Positions 48,861-58,533 of a stretch of 64,000 bases of DNA are shown here, one piece after another. Made by a program: the position numbers and the translations under genes. Source of the stretch: Actinomycetes bacterium (GTDB taxonomy: Bacteria > Actinomycetota > Thermoleophilia > RBG-16-64-13); the NCBI GenBank assembly GCA_024637035.1, contig JAGXFW010000026.1:181600-245599 (forward strand), read 5' to 3'. Under the pieces are notes generated by a model. It had not been told where the DNA came from. It was given only the letters and a program-made list of their open reading frames with translations, and did no database searches. Position 1 is the stretch's first letter; the number at the start of each line of letters is the position of its first letter.

Positions 48861-50723
48861 CTAGGGCGCCACCACCGTCACCGTCCCTTTTCGAGCCCAC
48901 GGCGCGATGAGCCCACTGTCATCCAGGGCACGCAACCACACCTTCTTCGTCCCCAGGAAGGAGCTCGTGAAGGTGAGGGGGACGGTGGTGGTCAAAGTAT
49001 CCCCGACCTTGACGACGCTCGTGCCTGCGAGGTCGAGCACGACCCGTCCGTTCGACAGGGTCGGAGCGGCGGTGGGGGTCGTTGCGCCGGGCACGCCCGA
49101 GATCCACCCGGTGCTGGCAGCGTTGCGCAGGTATATCTTGTTCTGGTTCTCGGAGTAGTAGAGGAAGACACCGCCAACAGCGGTGATGCTCGTGGAGTTG
49201 AGGAGCATGTAGACGTTGCGAAAATCGGAGGACCCATCGCCGTCGGAGTACGTAGCTTCGAATGTCTGGACCTGACCGACCAGGAGACTTGCGAGTGTTG
49301 CGGGGACTAGACTGTCGACGGTGGGAGCGACGGGCGCCACCAGGGTCACTCTGCTCACAACAGCCCACGGAGCCACGAGTCCTCCATCGTCCAGGGCCCG
49401 CAGCCACACCTTCTTCGTCCCGAGGAAGGCGTCGGTGAACGTGAGGGAGGTCACCAGGGTTAGGGTCTTCCTTATTTTCCCTACCGCGGTCTTCGAAAGG
49501 TCGAGGCTGACCCGCTCGTTCTCGAGCTTGGCGGCCGCACCGGGGGTGCCTGAAAGCCACGCAGTGTTCGCTCCGTTCCTGAGATAGACCCTGTTCGAGT
49601 TCTCGGAGTAGAAGAGGAAGACACCGTCGGCGGCGGTGATGCTCGTGGAGTTGAGGAGCATGTAGACATTCCTCAGGTCGTCGGCGCCGTCCGGATCGGA
49701 ATACTTGGCGATGAAGGTCTGGGCGCGGCCCGTGTGCAGGCTTGCGACGGGCCCGGGGGTGAGGCTCTCGATGGTGGGAGCGGTCGTGCGCAGCCCGATC
49801 TCGAGATCAGACGGCGCCACCCATGGATCGATCGTGACGAGGGTGGCCAGTGGTTTGGCGGGCATATCCGCGTACCACTCCGTGATATATCCCGGAGCAG
49901 TTATCCGCACAGCGTAGTCGCCCCAATCGTCGGGACCGAAGCCCGTCACGGCGAACGACCCGTCGGCCGCCGTGATCCCAGAACGTGCGATCAGGCCCAC
50001 GACTCTCACCGTGGCGCCGGCGATCGGAGCACCCGTCGCCTCGTCGACCACCGTGCCGTACACGCCGAGCGGAAGCAGTGACACGTCGGGCACCACCACC
50101 GTACCCGTGCCGAGCGCCACCGATGTGGCTCCCGCCGCCGAATAGGAGTCGTCGTACCACTCGACGAAGTGGAAGTCACTGAAGAAAGAGATCGTGTAGT
50201 CACCAGGAGTCAGATTCCGGAACTGATAGCGGCCATCGGCGAAGGTGCCCTCACCGTCGGGCGTCGGGCCGTCGGCGGAGACCGACACGCTGGATATGGG
50301 GAACCCGGTCAACTGGTCGAACACACGGCCGACGATGCGGGGCCCGTTATACTCGAGAGCGGCGTTGATGCCACTGACAGTGCCGTCGGCGGTCACCGTG
50401 ATCGAGGTGGCGGCCGAGGAGTCGAGAACATCGTCGTACCACTCGATGATGTAGTCGTCGGCGAAGAAGCTGATTGTGTACTCACCCGGCGTGAGGCCGC
50501 TGAACCTGAAGCGGCCGTTGGCGTCGACGCCCTCGCCGTCTGGACTCGGCCCGTCCGCACTCACCGAGACAGAGGTCAGCGGAAGGCCGGTGGCCGCATC
50601 GGTGACGACACCCTCGATCTGGATGACCGGGGCGGCCGACGCGATACCCGCGACCCCCAAGACCAGCACGACGGCAAGAACCACAGCCCCGATGGTGAAC
50701 CTGCGTGCGCACATCGACCACAC
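48861..50723 (-). CDS. Secreted repeat protein with carboxypeptidase-regulatory-like (CarbopepD_reg) domains
   Basis: Signal peptide; two copies of VSVSADGP.PDGEG...GRF.F..LTPG.YTISFF.D...EWYDD, one further ...ITAPGYITEWY, and two roughly 140-aa internal duplications (YSDPDGADDLRNVYMLLNSTSITA...). Confidence 0.5.
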   Translation of the reverse strand: MWSMCARRFTIGAVVLAVVLVLGVAGIASAAPVIQIEGVVTDAATGLPLTSVSVSADGPSPDGEGVDANGRFRFSGLTPGEYTISFFADDYIIEWYDDVLDSSAATSITVTADGTVSGINAALEYNGPRIVGRVFDQLTGFPISSVSVSADGPTPDGEGTFADGRYQFRNLTPGDYTISFFSDFHFVEWYDDSYSAAGATSVALGTGTVVVPDVSLLPLGVYGTVVDEATGAPIAGATVRVVGLIARSGITAADGSFAVTGFGPDDWGDYAVRITAPGYITEWYADMPAKPLATLVTIDPWVAPSDLEIGLRTTAPTIESLTPGPVASLHTGRAQTFIAKYSDPDGADDLRNVYMLLNSTSITAADGVFLFYSENSNRVYLRNGANTAWLSGTPGAAAKLENERVSLDLSKTAVGKIRKTLTLVTSLTFTDAFLGTKKVWLRALDDGGLVAPWAVVSRVTLVAPVAPTVDSLVPATLASLLVGQVQTFEATYSDGDGSSDFRNVYMLLNSTSITAVGGVFLYYSENQNKIYLRNAASTGWISGVPGATTPTAAPTLSNGRVVLDLAGTSVVKVGDTLTTTVPLTFTSSFLGTKKVWLRALDDSGLIAPWARKGTVTVVAP

Positions 50724-51227
50724 ACCCCTTTCCGGCTGTCCAATTGGTAAGGGACGAGGCGTCCGACCATGTCGCGCTCATCCCCGGGACCACGCAGCGA
50801 CAGCGGTAACCAATGTCCCCAGCCGCCCGACACTACCACGCGGCCGGGCCATTCGGTAGTAGCCCTAGCGATGGTCTGGAGAGCACTAAGGGGCTCCTTC
50901 GCCGGGGGTAGCGCCCAGGGCAGCTCAGCCCTTACCCGAGGAGGCAGGAGGTGCCGCATCGTGCGGATGCTCGGATACCCAGCGCTAGAATCCGCGTCCC
51001 GCCGGTCCCCGGAACGAACACAGCGCGAGGTGCAGGTCGTTCGGCGTCGCTTGAGGTCGGATCTCCACGGGTGCGACCCGGTGCCGGGTGTCGTCCTGGT
51101 GGGTCGGTGCGCTCGTCCACCACGTGCCCATACCCGCCGTGCCTGCCGAATCACCCGCCTCGCCCGCGGGTAGACTGGTGGAGACATACCGCACACCGCA
51201 GCCACAGCGATCTGGAGGAGTCCCCGC

Positions 51228-52160
51228 ATGAGCATGCCGCGTCGTCAGCGCCACCCCATGCCGGTCGACATCGAGGAAGCTCTGAGCGAGCGGGGACTAG
51301 CCGACGCCTACGCAGCCCGCCCGCCCTACCAGCGCAACGACTACCTCGGCTGGATCGGCCAAGCCAAGAGGGACGACACCCGCCGGCGACGTATCGCCCA
51401 GATGCTCGACGAACTCGCCTCCGGCGACGTCTACATGAAGATGGACTGGCGCCCCAGGCGCGCCGGCACCCCGGGCGGCACGGGCACCCCGGGCGGGACC
51501 GACTCCCGTACTGCCGCGCGCACCGCGCGCGCCGACGCCGACGCCGGCGCGCCGCCGAGCCCCGCCCGCCGACCTACGGCGCGGAAAAAGACGCGCCTCG
51601 CCGACCTCGAACTGGTCGCGCCCGCCGACCGCGCCGAGTGGCGAACGTGGCTCGAGGCCAACCACACCACGTCTCCGGGCATCTGGCTCGCGGTCGGCAA
51701 GAAAGACAACACAGTCACCACACTCACCTACGACGACGCCGTCGAGGAGGCTCTGTGCTTCGGCTGGATCGACAGCACGGTGCGCGCACTGGACGACGCG
51801 AGGTTCCACCAACTCTTTACCCCCCGCAAACCGGGCGGCACGTGGGCGCGCACGAACAAGGCCCGCGTGGAACGCCTGCTGGCGGCCGGTCTGATGCGAC
51901 CCGCCGGGGTGGCCGCCGTGGAGGCGGCCAAGGCGGATGGCTCGTGGACACTCCTCGACGAGGTGGAGGCGCTACTGGTGCCGGAGGACCTTGCGGCCGC
52001 GCTTGCCGCCCACTCGGCGGCGGAGGCCGGGTTCGACGCCTGGCCCGACTCCCAGAAGAAGCAGGCCCTGTACTGGATCCAGTCGGCCAAACGTCCGGAG
52101 ACTCGGGCGACGCGCATATCCGAGACAGTGGTGGCGGCGGAGGGACGACCGCCACGATGA
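51228..52160 (+). CDS. YdeI/OmpD-associated family protein (DUF1905-like core plus duplicated YdeI motifs)
   Basis: N-terminal DYLGWIGQAKRDDTRRRRIAQMLDEL and C-terminal ALYWIQSAKRPETRATRISETV copies of the YdeI motif; low-complexity PGGTGTPGGT linker. Confidence 0.55.
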   Translation: MSMPRRQRHPMPVDIEEALSERGLADAYAARPPYQRNDYLGWIGQAKRDDTRRRRIAQMLDELASGDVYMKMDWRPRRAGTPGGTGTPGGTDSRTAARTARADADAGAPPSPARRPTARKKTRLADLELVAPADRAEWRTWLEANHTTSPGIWLAVGKKDNTVTTLTYDDAVEEALCFGWIDSTVRALDDARFHQLFTPRKPGGTWARTNKARVERLLAAGLMRPAGVAAVEAAKADGSWTLLDEVEALLVPEDLAAALAAHSAAEAGFDAWPDSQKKQALYWIQSAKRPETRATRISETVVAAEGRPPR

Positions 52161-52408
52161 ACGGAGGCCGCCGGCGGCCGGAACCGGGCCCTCAGACGCG
52201 GGCGGCGACCATCTCCTCGTAAAGGCGATCGAGTGCCAGGTAGGCTCTGCGCCACTTGCGATCCGGGCAGTCGGGACAGCCCGGCAGGCGACAGATGAAG
52301 TAGTCGGCGCAGCGACTGCACGAATGCCCACAGCCCGTCACGGCGCCCCCCTCGTATGTGCCCGTCTCACTCACGCCGGGCACGTTACCATACACTCCGC
52401 GCCCTCGG

Positions 52409-53689
52409 CTACCCGTCCGCCGTACCGCCCGCGAAAGGCCCCGTGCGCGGGCAGCATCCCCGCCATTCCACCTCCATCTCCGAGTAGCCAACAGACTGCG
52501 ACCACGCGAAACGGCCCAGGTCTTCTCGCCAGCGACTGAAGATGGCGACGACCTCGGTTCCTAGGCCCGGGGCCGCGGTGTCGACCGCTTCGACCATGGC
52601 TCCAAGGCCCAGCGACAGGCGTCTCACCAGGGCCTGCCGCAAGGGTCGGGGCAGATCGTAGCCACGACGTGCGCCCAGGGCATCCACAAACCGCCGCGCT
52701 CCAGCTTCCGACCCCGTGATCATGTCGTAGAGCAGCCCGGCGGCCCGATCGAGCCACTCGGCATCGACCTCCACCATCGCGGACAGGAACTCGAACAGCT
52801 CGTCGCCCCCGAAGAGCCGCTCCTCCAGTCGCTCGGTGACCCCCGGGAGCCGGCGCTTGAACATGGTGCAGAGCAGCCGGCCGGCTGCGAACCAATCGGT
52901 GTGATCGCAGGTCAACACGCTCTCGGGAAGGCAACCGAGGTCGACCGACAGGAACCTCCTCGCGACGAGGTCGAGGAAGCGCTCCTTCTCTTCGGCCGAA
53001 AGTGGGCGCCGAACGGCGGCAAGACGGGCGGCACTCGGCCGAGCCTCGCTGAACGGCAAGTCGGCGGCGCGCTCGACGAGATTCCCCCGACCGAGCTTCA
53101 CACCCTCCATGTAGGGCTCGAGCCACCAGTCGGGTTCGACGCAGTCGAAGACGCGACCGAGCAGTTCGGCGGCGTGGGCGAACCCATACTCGAGGTCGTT
53201 CCAAACCGTGGCTACGAGATCGACGGTGAGGGCGCACAGGTCGTCCGGCCACCGGCGAAGGGCGAGCGCCAGGAACTCCGGCGCCCACTCCCGACGTGGG
53301 GGCCGCAGCCGCACGGAATGGAAGTCGGAGGACAGCACGACGTCGTCGTCGAGGCCGAACAACTCGTGCAGGTCCACATGCTCCATGCCCACCCAAAGGT
53401 CTTCGTCGTCGTCGAACAACCCGTGCCGCGCGAGCACCTCCCAGACCAGATCCCAAGGAAGACCGAGCAGTTCCGCCACCTGACTCAACCACACCGGCGT
53501 GCGTGGGTGCATGTTGAATTCGGCTGCACAGGCCAGCAACACCTGGCGATCGATCGGCGCGATGTCCAAGCGTTTGCAGGCACCTATGCCCAGCCGCATG
53601 CGTTCGCTGGATGAGCCGACCCGCGCGGAGATCTCGCGGGCGCGCGCCGGCCGAGGGTCACGAGCGGGTCGGGGGTCGTGAGAACTCAT
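52409..53689 (-). CDS. Hypothetical protein (about 426 aa), acidic, no recognised family
   Basis: Long ORF with GC3-biased codons; start at MSSHDP; the overlapping alternative frames (52371..53492 minus, 52901..53614 plus) are Arg-rich or antisense-like. Confidence 0.4.
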   Translation of the reverse strand: MSSHDPRPARDPRPARAREISARVGSSSERMRLGIGACKRLDIAPIDRQVLLACAAEFNMHPRTPVWLSQVAELLGLPWDLVWEVLARHGLFDDDEDLWVGMEHVDLHELFGLDDDVVLSSDFHSVRLRPPRREWAPEFLALALRRWPDDLCALTVDLVATVWNDLEYGFAHAAELLGRVFDCVEPDWWLEPYMEGVKLGRGNLVERAADLPFSEARPSAARLAAVRRPLSAEEKERFLDLVARRFLSVDLGCLPESVLTCDHTDWFAAGRLLCTMFKRRLPGVTERLEERLFGGDELFEFLSAMVEVDAEWLDRAAGLLYDMITGSEAGARRFVDALGARRGYDLPRPLRQALVRRLSLGLGAMVEAVDTAAPGLGTEVVAIFSRWREDLGRFAWSQSVGYSEMEVEWRGCCPRTGPFAGGTADG

Positions 53690-53987
53690 GGCTGGCCTTC
53701 TCCTGCGTGACGACAGTCGGATGACCGCCGGGGCGATAGCGGAGATTCCAGCATAGAGAACGGGTCGGACGGAAAGACGGGGAGGTCGGGCGGGCTTTCC
53801 CTCCAGACTGCGGCATCGACCGCGAGGAGTTCCTGCAGCGTAGGAACGACCTCCTGTCGCAGCCGGGCGCCGCCAGCGAATAGAGCGCCCAACGCGACTC
53901 ACCCGCCCACTGAAGCTCCCCCATGGCGCCTCGGTCCGCTCCCGCGGGCTGGGGCGCTTCCTTGTCTAGACCCGAACCTCGCGCCAC

Positions 53988-54395
53988 CTACGGAAAGATC
54001 AGCCGCAACCCCGGGAAATAGGTGCGGTGGCGGGCGGGATCTCGCGTCACCAGGGTCATCCGTTCCACGACGGCATGTGCGCCGATGAAGAAGTCGGGAA
54101 GGGGAGAGAGCTTCTCCCCTCCTGCGCGCCGGTAGCGAAGGAAGGACGTGCCGGCCAAGAAAGCGGCCTCCCAGGGAATCGGTAGACGAGCGAACGCTCC
54201 AGCCGGCAAAGCCTGCTCGACGTCTTCGATGCGCTCGAACCCGGCCGAGACTTCCGCGTAGATGACCGGGTTGATGGCCAGCATCGAGCGCTCGGCGCAC
54301 GCGGCCAGAGTGGCGGCGGACCACTCGTACCACGTGGGGTCCTCGGTGAGCACGTCCAGCAGGACGCTGGAATCCACCAGGACCGGCGTGCTCAC
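53988..54395 (-). CDS. vapC: PIN-domain toxin VapC
   Basis: VLVDSSVLLDVL...INPVIYAEV...LVTRD PIN signature; 4-nt overlap with the upstream antitoxin gene. Confidence 0.75.
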   Translation of the reverse strand: MSTPVLVDSSVLLDVLTEDPTWYEWSAATLAACAERSMLAINPVIYAEVSAGFERIEDVEQALPAGAFARLPIPWEAAFLAGTSFLRYRRAGGEKLSPLPDFFIGAHAVVERMTLVTRDPARHRTYFPGLRLIFP

Positions 54396-54661
54396 CCCTC
54401 ACCCCGCGTCAGCGCCAAGATCTCGTCTGTGGTCATCTTCACCGTGGCGCGCCCGGTCAGGTGACGCACCAGATCGTCGCCGCGAGCGGACCGCCCGGGT
54501 TCCCTCTCCAAGTACACCCGGTCGCCGTCTACCTGGAACCGGACCTCGGTATGGGGGAGCAGCCCGAACAACTCGCGTATCTCCTGAGGGATGGTCACCT
54601 GACCCTTCGTGGTTATGCGCATGCCGGCCTCGCCAGGAGTAGGAGTAATACTGGTATGCAT
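54392..54661 (-). CDS. vapB: AbrB/MazE/SpoVT-type antitoxin (VapB)
   Basis: MRITTKGQVTIPQEIRELFGL swapped-hairpin motif; start at an internal M. Confidence 0.65.
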   Translation of the reverse strand: MHTSITPTPGEAGMRITTKGQVTIPQEIRELFGLLPHTEVRFQVDGDRVYLEREPGRSARGDDLVRHLTGRATVKMTTDEILALTRGEG

Positions 54662-55007
54662 CTTACCGCCCTTCCCTACCTGTGTCGACACCTGCGTAGC
54701 GACCGCGCCACGCCCTCTTCCCGGGGGTATGCCCCGTCAGAGGTCCAACGATACGCCGGGGTCAAGAGCGTCGATGCTAGCCGACAGATAGGGCGCAGGG
54801 CATACGCAGAAGGTCACAGGATGGCGCCGGGGGGTTCGGCGCCATCCTGTGTGAGGGCGGGTGCACGGGCGGGTCGGGGCGAAGTAGGCCGCGGTGCGCC
54901 GGCGCGGCTCGGACTCGTCGCCCGACGCGGACCCGCCCGGCTCCTCGCGGAGACGCGCGTCGGGCGGCAGTGCGCCGCACCGCGACGCACTGCGCGGCGC
55001 CCGCGCC

Positions 55008-56120
55008 CTACCTCATCGCCGCGAGCACGTCCTTGAGCGCCTCCACGAACACCACGTTCTCCTCGGGCGTGCCCACCGTCACGCGTAGGTGAGTGGGGAG
55101 GCCGCACGAAGTCTGGGGTCGCACGATCACCCCGCGCTGAAGCAACTCGTCGAACGCCTTGGCCGCGTCGATGCCGATGTCCACCAAAACGAAGTTGGTC
55201 CATGAGGGAGCGTAGGCCAAGCCCATGGCGGTGAAGGCTTCGTAGAGCTGGGCCCGTCCCTTGTCGGCGAACTGTACTGAGGCACGCAGATGTTCCTGGT
55301 CGGCGAGGGCCGCCACCGCGCCGGCCTGGGCGATGGAGCTCACGTTGAACGGTTGGCGCACCTTGTTCACCGCTTCGGTGAGGGCGGGCCTGGCTACCGA
55401 GTAGCCGATGCGTGCCCCCGCCAGTCCGTACGCCTTCGAGAAAGTGCGCAGCGAGATGACGTTGCGACCCTCCAGGATCAGCTTGCGGCTGTCGGGGTAG
55501 TCGAAGTCGTGCACGTACTCGGCGTAGGCTTCGTCGAGCACGACCAGCAGCTCCTCGGGCATCCGGTCGAGGAAGCGTTCCACCGACGTCGCGTCCACCA
55601 CGGTGCCCGTGGGGTTGTTCGGATTGCAGATGATCACCATCTTGGTCTTCGACGTGACGGCCTCGGCCATGGCGTCGAGGTCGAAGGCGAAGTCCATCAG
55701 CGGCACCTGCACCGACCGCGCCTTCATCAGGTTGGCCATGAACTCGTACGTCGAGAACGAGGGCCACCCGTAGAGCAACTCGTCACCCGGCTCAAGGACG
55801 GTCTCGGCGAGCATGTTGAGGATCTCGGCGCAGCCGCAGCCGATGAGGAAGTGGTCGGCGCTCAGGTCCATGTGGCTAGCCAGCGCGTGCCGGAGCACGT
55901 AGCTGCCGCCGTCCGGATACATGTGGCACTCGGCCACCATGGCCACCATGGCCGCTTTCGCGGCGGGTGAGGCGCCGAACGGATTCTCGTTCGACGCCAA
56001 CTTGACGAAGTGCTCGATGCCGAGCTCGCGCTTGCACTCGTCGATGGGCTTGCCCGGCACGTAAGGCTGGATGGCCAACACGTTCTCGCGACAGGTGCGA
56101 TCCACGCCGCATTCGTTCAT
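55008..56120 (-). CDS. Class I/II aminotransferase (histidinol-phosphate aminotransferase family)
   Basis: LASNENPFG...NPNNPTG...SKAYGLAGARIGY motifs; start ATG overlaps the upstream stop (ATGA); the 674-aa ORF-track version is over-extended. Confidence 0.8.
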   Translation of the reverse strand: MNECGVDRTCRENVLAIQPYVPGKPIDECKRELGIEHFVKLASNENPFGASPAAKAAMVAMVAECHMYPDGGSYVLRHALASHMDLSADHFLIGCGCAEILNMLAETVLEPGDELLYGWPSFSTYEFMANLMKARSVQVPLMDFAFDLDAMAEAVTSKTKMVIICNPNNPTGTVVDATSVERFLDRMPEELLVVLDEAYAEYVHDFDYPDSRKLILEGRNVISLRTFSKAYGLAGARIGYSVARPALTEAVNKVRQPFNVSSIAQAGAVAALADQEHLRASVQFADKGRAQLYEAFTAMGLAYAPSWTNFVLVDIGIDAAKAFDELLQRGVIVRPQTSCGLPTHLRVTVGTPEENVVFVEALKDVLAAMR

Positions 56121-57580
56121 CGGACCGCGCCCTCTTCCAACCGGTGGAACCCCGCGACGAGCGCATCCATCTTCGCGCCGAACTGCGCATCGAGCGGTTC
56201 CGGCGTGTGGGTAGCCAGCAGGTGGGTCACCCGGCGCCGCGCCTTCTCGGCCATATCGACGGAGCCGTCGGCCTCCCACTTGTCGCGTCCCTTGCGGTTG
56301 AGCAGGGTGGGACGCCACTGCACGTCGCGCACGTGTTGGTAGGTGTGCTCCTGGGTCATGAAGTGACCGCCCGCGCCGACCTCGGCGATGGTGTCGAGGG
56401 CGAGGGTCTCGGGCGAGATCTCGATGCCCTTGAGGAACCGCCGGTTCATGGCGACGAACTCGTCGGTGATCACGATCTGCTCGAGGGATCCGGTGAGCCC
56501 GAAATCGAGGTAGCCCACGTCGTGGTTCAGGTTGGACCCGGCCTGCATCACCAGGAAGGTGAGTTCGGCCACTTCCATGCCCATCTGTACGTCCACGGCC
56601 TGAGAATCGGTGGTGCCGCCGAAGCCGAAGTTGGGCAGGTCGAGCCAGCGGGACATCTCCACCTGGATCATGTGGGCCATCAGGCCTTCGATGGAGTTGT
56701 ACGAGCACTGGGCGGTCACCATGTCGAGCGTGGCGAGGCCGCTCCCGAACACGAATGGCGCGCCCGGACGCCGAAGTTGGTGCACGACGAGGCCGAACAG
56801 CGACTCCGCCATGCCTTGAGCGATCTGCCCGGCGGTGGTGATGGGTGCGCTGGCGCCCGCCATCGGCGCCGAGACGTAGATGGCCGGCACGCCGGTGTCG
56901 GCGCAGAGCATCAATTTGTCGAGGCTCTCCCAGGGGTGCTCCAAGGGGGAGATCGGCTCGAGGTACGCGATGAAGTACGGGGTCTCGCGCAACGCCTCGG
57001 CCCCGCCGCGGAGCTCGCCGGCGATGTCGCACATCACCTTGAGGTCGCCGGCGTTCTCGGCCGTCACCACGAGCGGCTTGGTAGTGTTCTCGACCATGGT
57101 CTTGAAGCTCACCAGGTACGAGTCGTGCGCCTCGATGTCCGAGGGGTACGCCGACGACATGACGAAGTCCATGTTCGGCAGCGCGTCGACCAGGCGGGCG
57201 GCCCGGACGATGTCCTCGAGGACGCTCTTGCGCCTGATGCCGGTCTCCAGGTCGAGGGTGTGCATGAGGTCGGAGCCCGTGCCGAAGTACGAGTTGTACC
57301 CGCCGAGGTCCATGGCCGGATCACCGACGCGGTCGTGCATCTTGATCACGCTGGGCGCGCTCTCGATGGCCTTCGCGACGAGGTCCCGGGGGATGGTCAC
57401 CAGACGGTCGTCCTTGACGGTGCAGCCCGCATCGACGAGCATGGCGAGGGCTTCGTCGTTGTGCACGCGCATACCGATGGTCTCGAGGATGGTGAGGGTC
57501 CCCTCGTGCAGGTCGATCTTCTCCTGCTCGGTCATGAAGCTCAGGCGCCCCACCCGCGATCCGTTGAGCAGCTCCTTCAT
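56117..57580 (-). CDS. MttB-superfamily (trimethylamine / glycine-betaine-type) corrinoid methyltransferase homologue, non-pyrrolysine
   Basis: 487 aa; TIM-barrel MttB-family features (MKELLNGSRVGRLSFMTEQEKIDLHEGTLTILETIGMRVHNDEAL...); no in-frame amber codon, so it belongs with the non-Pyl quaternary-amine methyltransferases. Confidence 0.7.
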   Translation of the reverse strand: MKELLNGSRVGRLSFMTEQEKIDLHEGTLTILETIGMRVHNDEALAMLVDAGCTVKDDRLVTIPRDLVAKAIESAPSVIKMHDRVGDPAMDLGGYNSYFGTGSDLMHTLDLETGIRRKSVLEDIVRAARLVDALPNMDFVMSSAYPSDIEAHDSYLVSFKTMVENTTKPLVVTAENAGDLKVMCDIAGELRGGAEALRETPYFIAYLEPISPLEHPWESLDKLMLCADTGVPAIYVSAPMAGASAPITTAGQIAQGMAESLFGLVVHQLRRPGAPFVFGSGLATLDMVTAQCSYNSIEGLMAHMIQVEMSRWLDLPNFGFGGTTDSQAVDVQMGMEVAELTFLVMQAGSNLNHDVGYLDFGLTGSLEQIVITDEFVAMNRRFLKGIEISPETLALDTIAEVGAGGHFMTQEHTYQHVRDVQWRPTLLNRKGRDKWEADGSVDMAEKARRRVTHLLATHTPEPLDAQFGAKMDALVAGFHRLEEGAVR

Positions 57581-57700
57581 CGTGATGCCCCCGCGTTCTC
57601 AGCCATGCCTACTCCTTGTAGTTTGATCCAGGCGGATCTATATGATCCAGTCCCGGCCCGCGAAGGGCCCGGGATAACCGTTCGTATCGGCCGCGTCTCC

Positions 57701-58462
57701 CTACGGAGAGACTCCGGCCAGACGGGCGCTGACGGCCCGCCCACTTTCCTCGAGTGCTTCGATCAGACCCTCGAGGTCTTCGTTCTCCCGACGGCTTGTG
57801 GGCCAGGCGAGACTGAGCGCCGCCACAGCCGTGCCGCGGCCGTCGAAGACCGGGACCCCTATGCCGGTGGCGTCGGGATCGACCGCCCCCGACGTGACGA
57901 CGTGACCTTCCGCACGGACGCGCTCGAGAGACTCCAGGATGCGCTCCCGGGTGACGACCTCGCCGTTCGCGTAGCGCTTTCCTGCGTTGGCGGAGACGAC
58001 CCTCTCGATGAGCCTCGCGTCCAGATGTGCCAGGAGCGCGGTGGCCGAGCCGGCATAGAGCGGAGCGATCTGCCACTTGCCGAAGGCCACCCGCACGCCG
58101 CGGGGGCTCTCCACAGCCTCGATGCACACCACTTCGAGCCCGGAACGCACGGTCAGATAGGAGGTCTCGCCCGTAGTCCGGACGAGGTCTTCCATCAGCG
58201 GCAGAGCGAGTTTCGGCAGGTCGCCGCCGATCTGCTGGTTGGCGGCGCGGGCCAGCTCGAAGAGAGCCGGCCCCAGCGTGATCTGGCTGCGCCCTTCGCG
58301 GAGTAGCAGCCCGCGGTCCCGCAGAGCCTGGACGAGCCGGTACGCCGTGCTGTCCTTGAGGCCAGTGCGCTCCGCGATCTCGCTCACCGAGAGCGGCCCG
58401 GCCGACTCAGCCACGAGGAACAAGATGTCGAGGCTGCGGTCGAGTGTCTGCGTGCCCGCCAT
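57701..58462 (-). CDS. IclR-family transcriptional regulator
   Basis: LDRSLDILFLVAESAGPLSVSEIAERTGLKDSTAYRLVQALRDRGLL HTH plus C-terminal effector domain. Confidence 0.85.
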   Translation of the reverse strand: MAGTQTLDRSLDILFLVAESAGPLSVSEIAERTGLKDSTAYRLVQALRDRGLLLREGRSQITLGPALFELARAANQQIGGDLPKLALPLMEDLVRTTGETSYLTVRSGLEVVCIEAVESPRGVRVAFGKWQIAPLYAGSATALLAHLDARLIERVVSANAGKRYANGEVVTRERILESLERVRAEGHVVTSGAVDPDATGIGVPVFDGRGTAVAALSLAWPTSRRENEDLEGLIEALEESGRAVSARLAGVSP

Positions 58463-58533
58463 CGGACGTCGCTACCGTCGGACCCTGAAGCCGACGCCCG
58501 TCTTCACTTCGCCGATGCTCACGTCGCCCGCGC

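Noticed and set aside
50951-52222. 423-aa plus-strand ORF overlapping the YdeI-like gene
   Set aside because: Arg/Pro/Gly-rich junk frame; the YdeI-like frame (51228..52160) contains duplicated, recognisable family motifs.
52371-53492. 373-aa minus-strand ORF in an alternative frame
   Set aside because: Extremely Arg/Gly-rich low-complexity translation; the overlapping 52409..53689 frame has normal composition and GC3 bias.
56144-58306. 720-aa plus-strand ORF
   Set aside because: Antisense to the MttB-family and IclR genes; no motifs, antisense-like composition.
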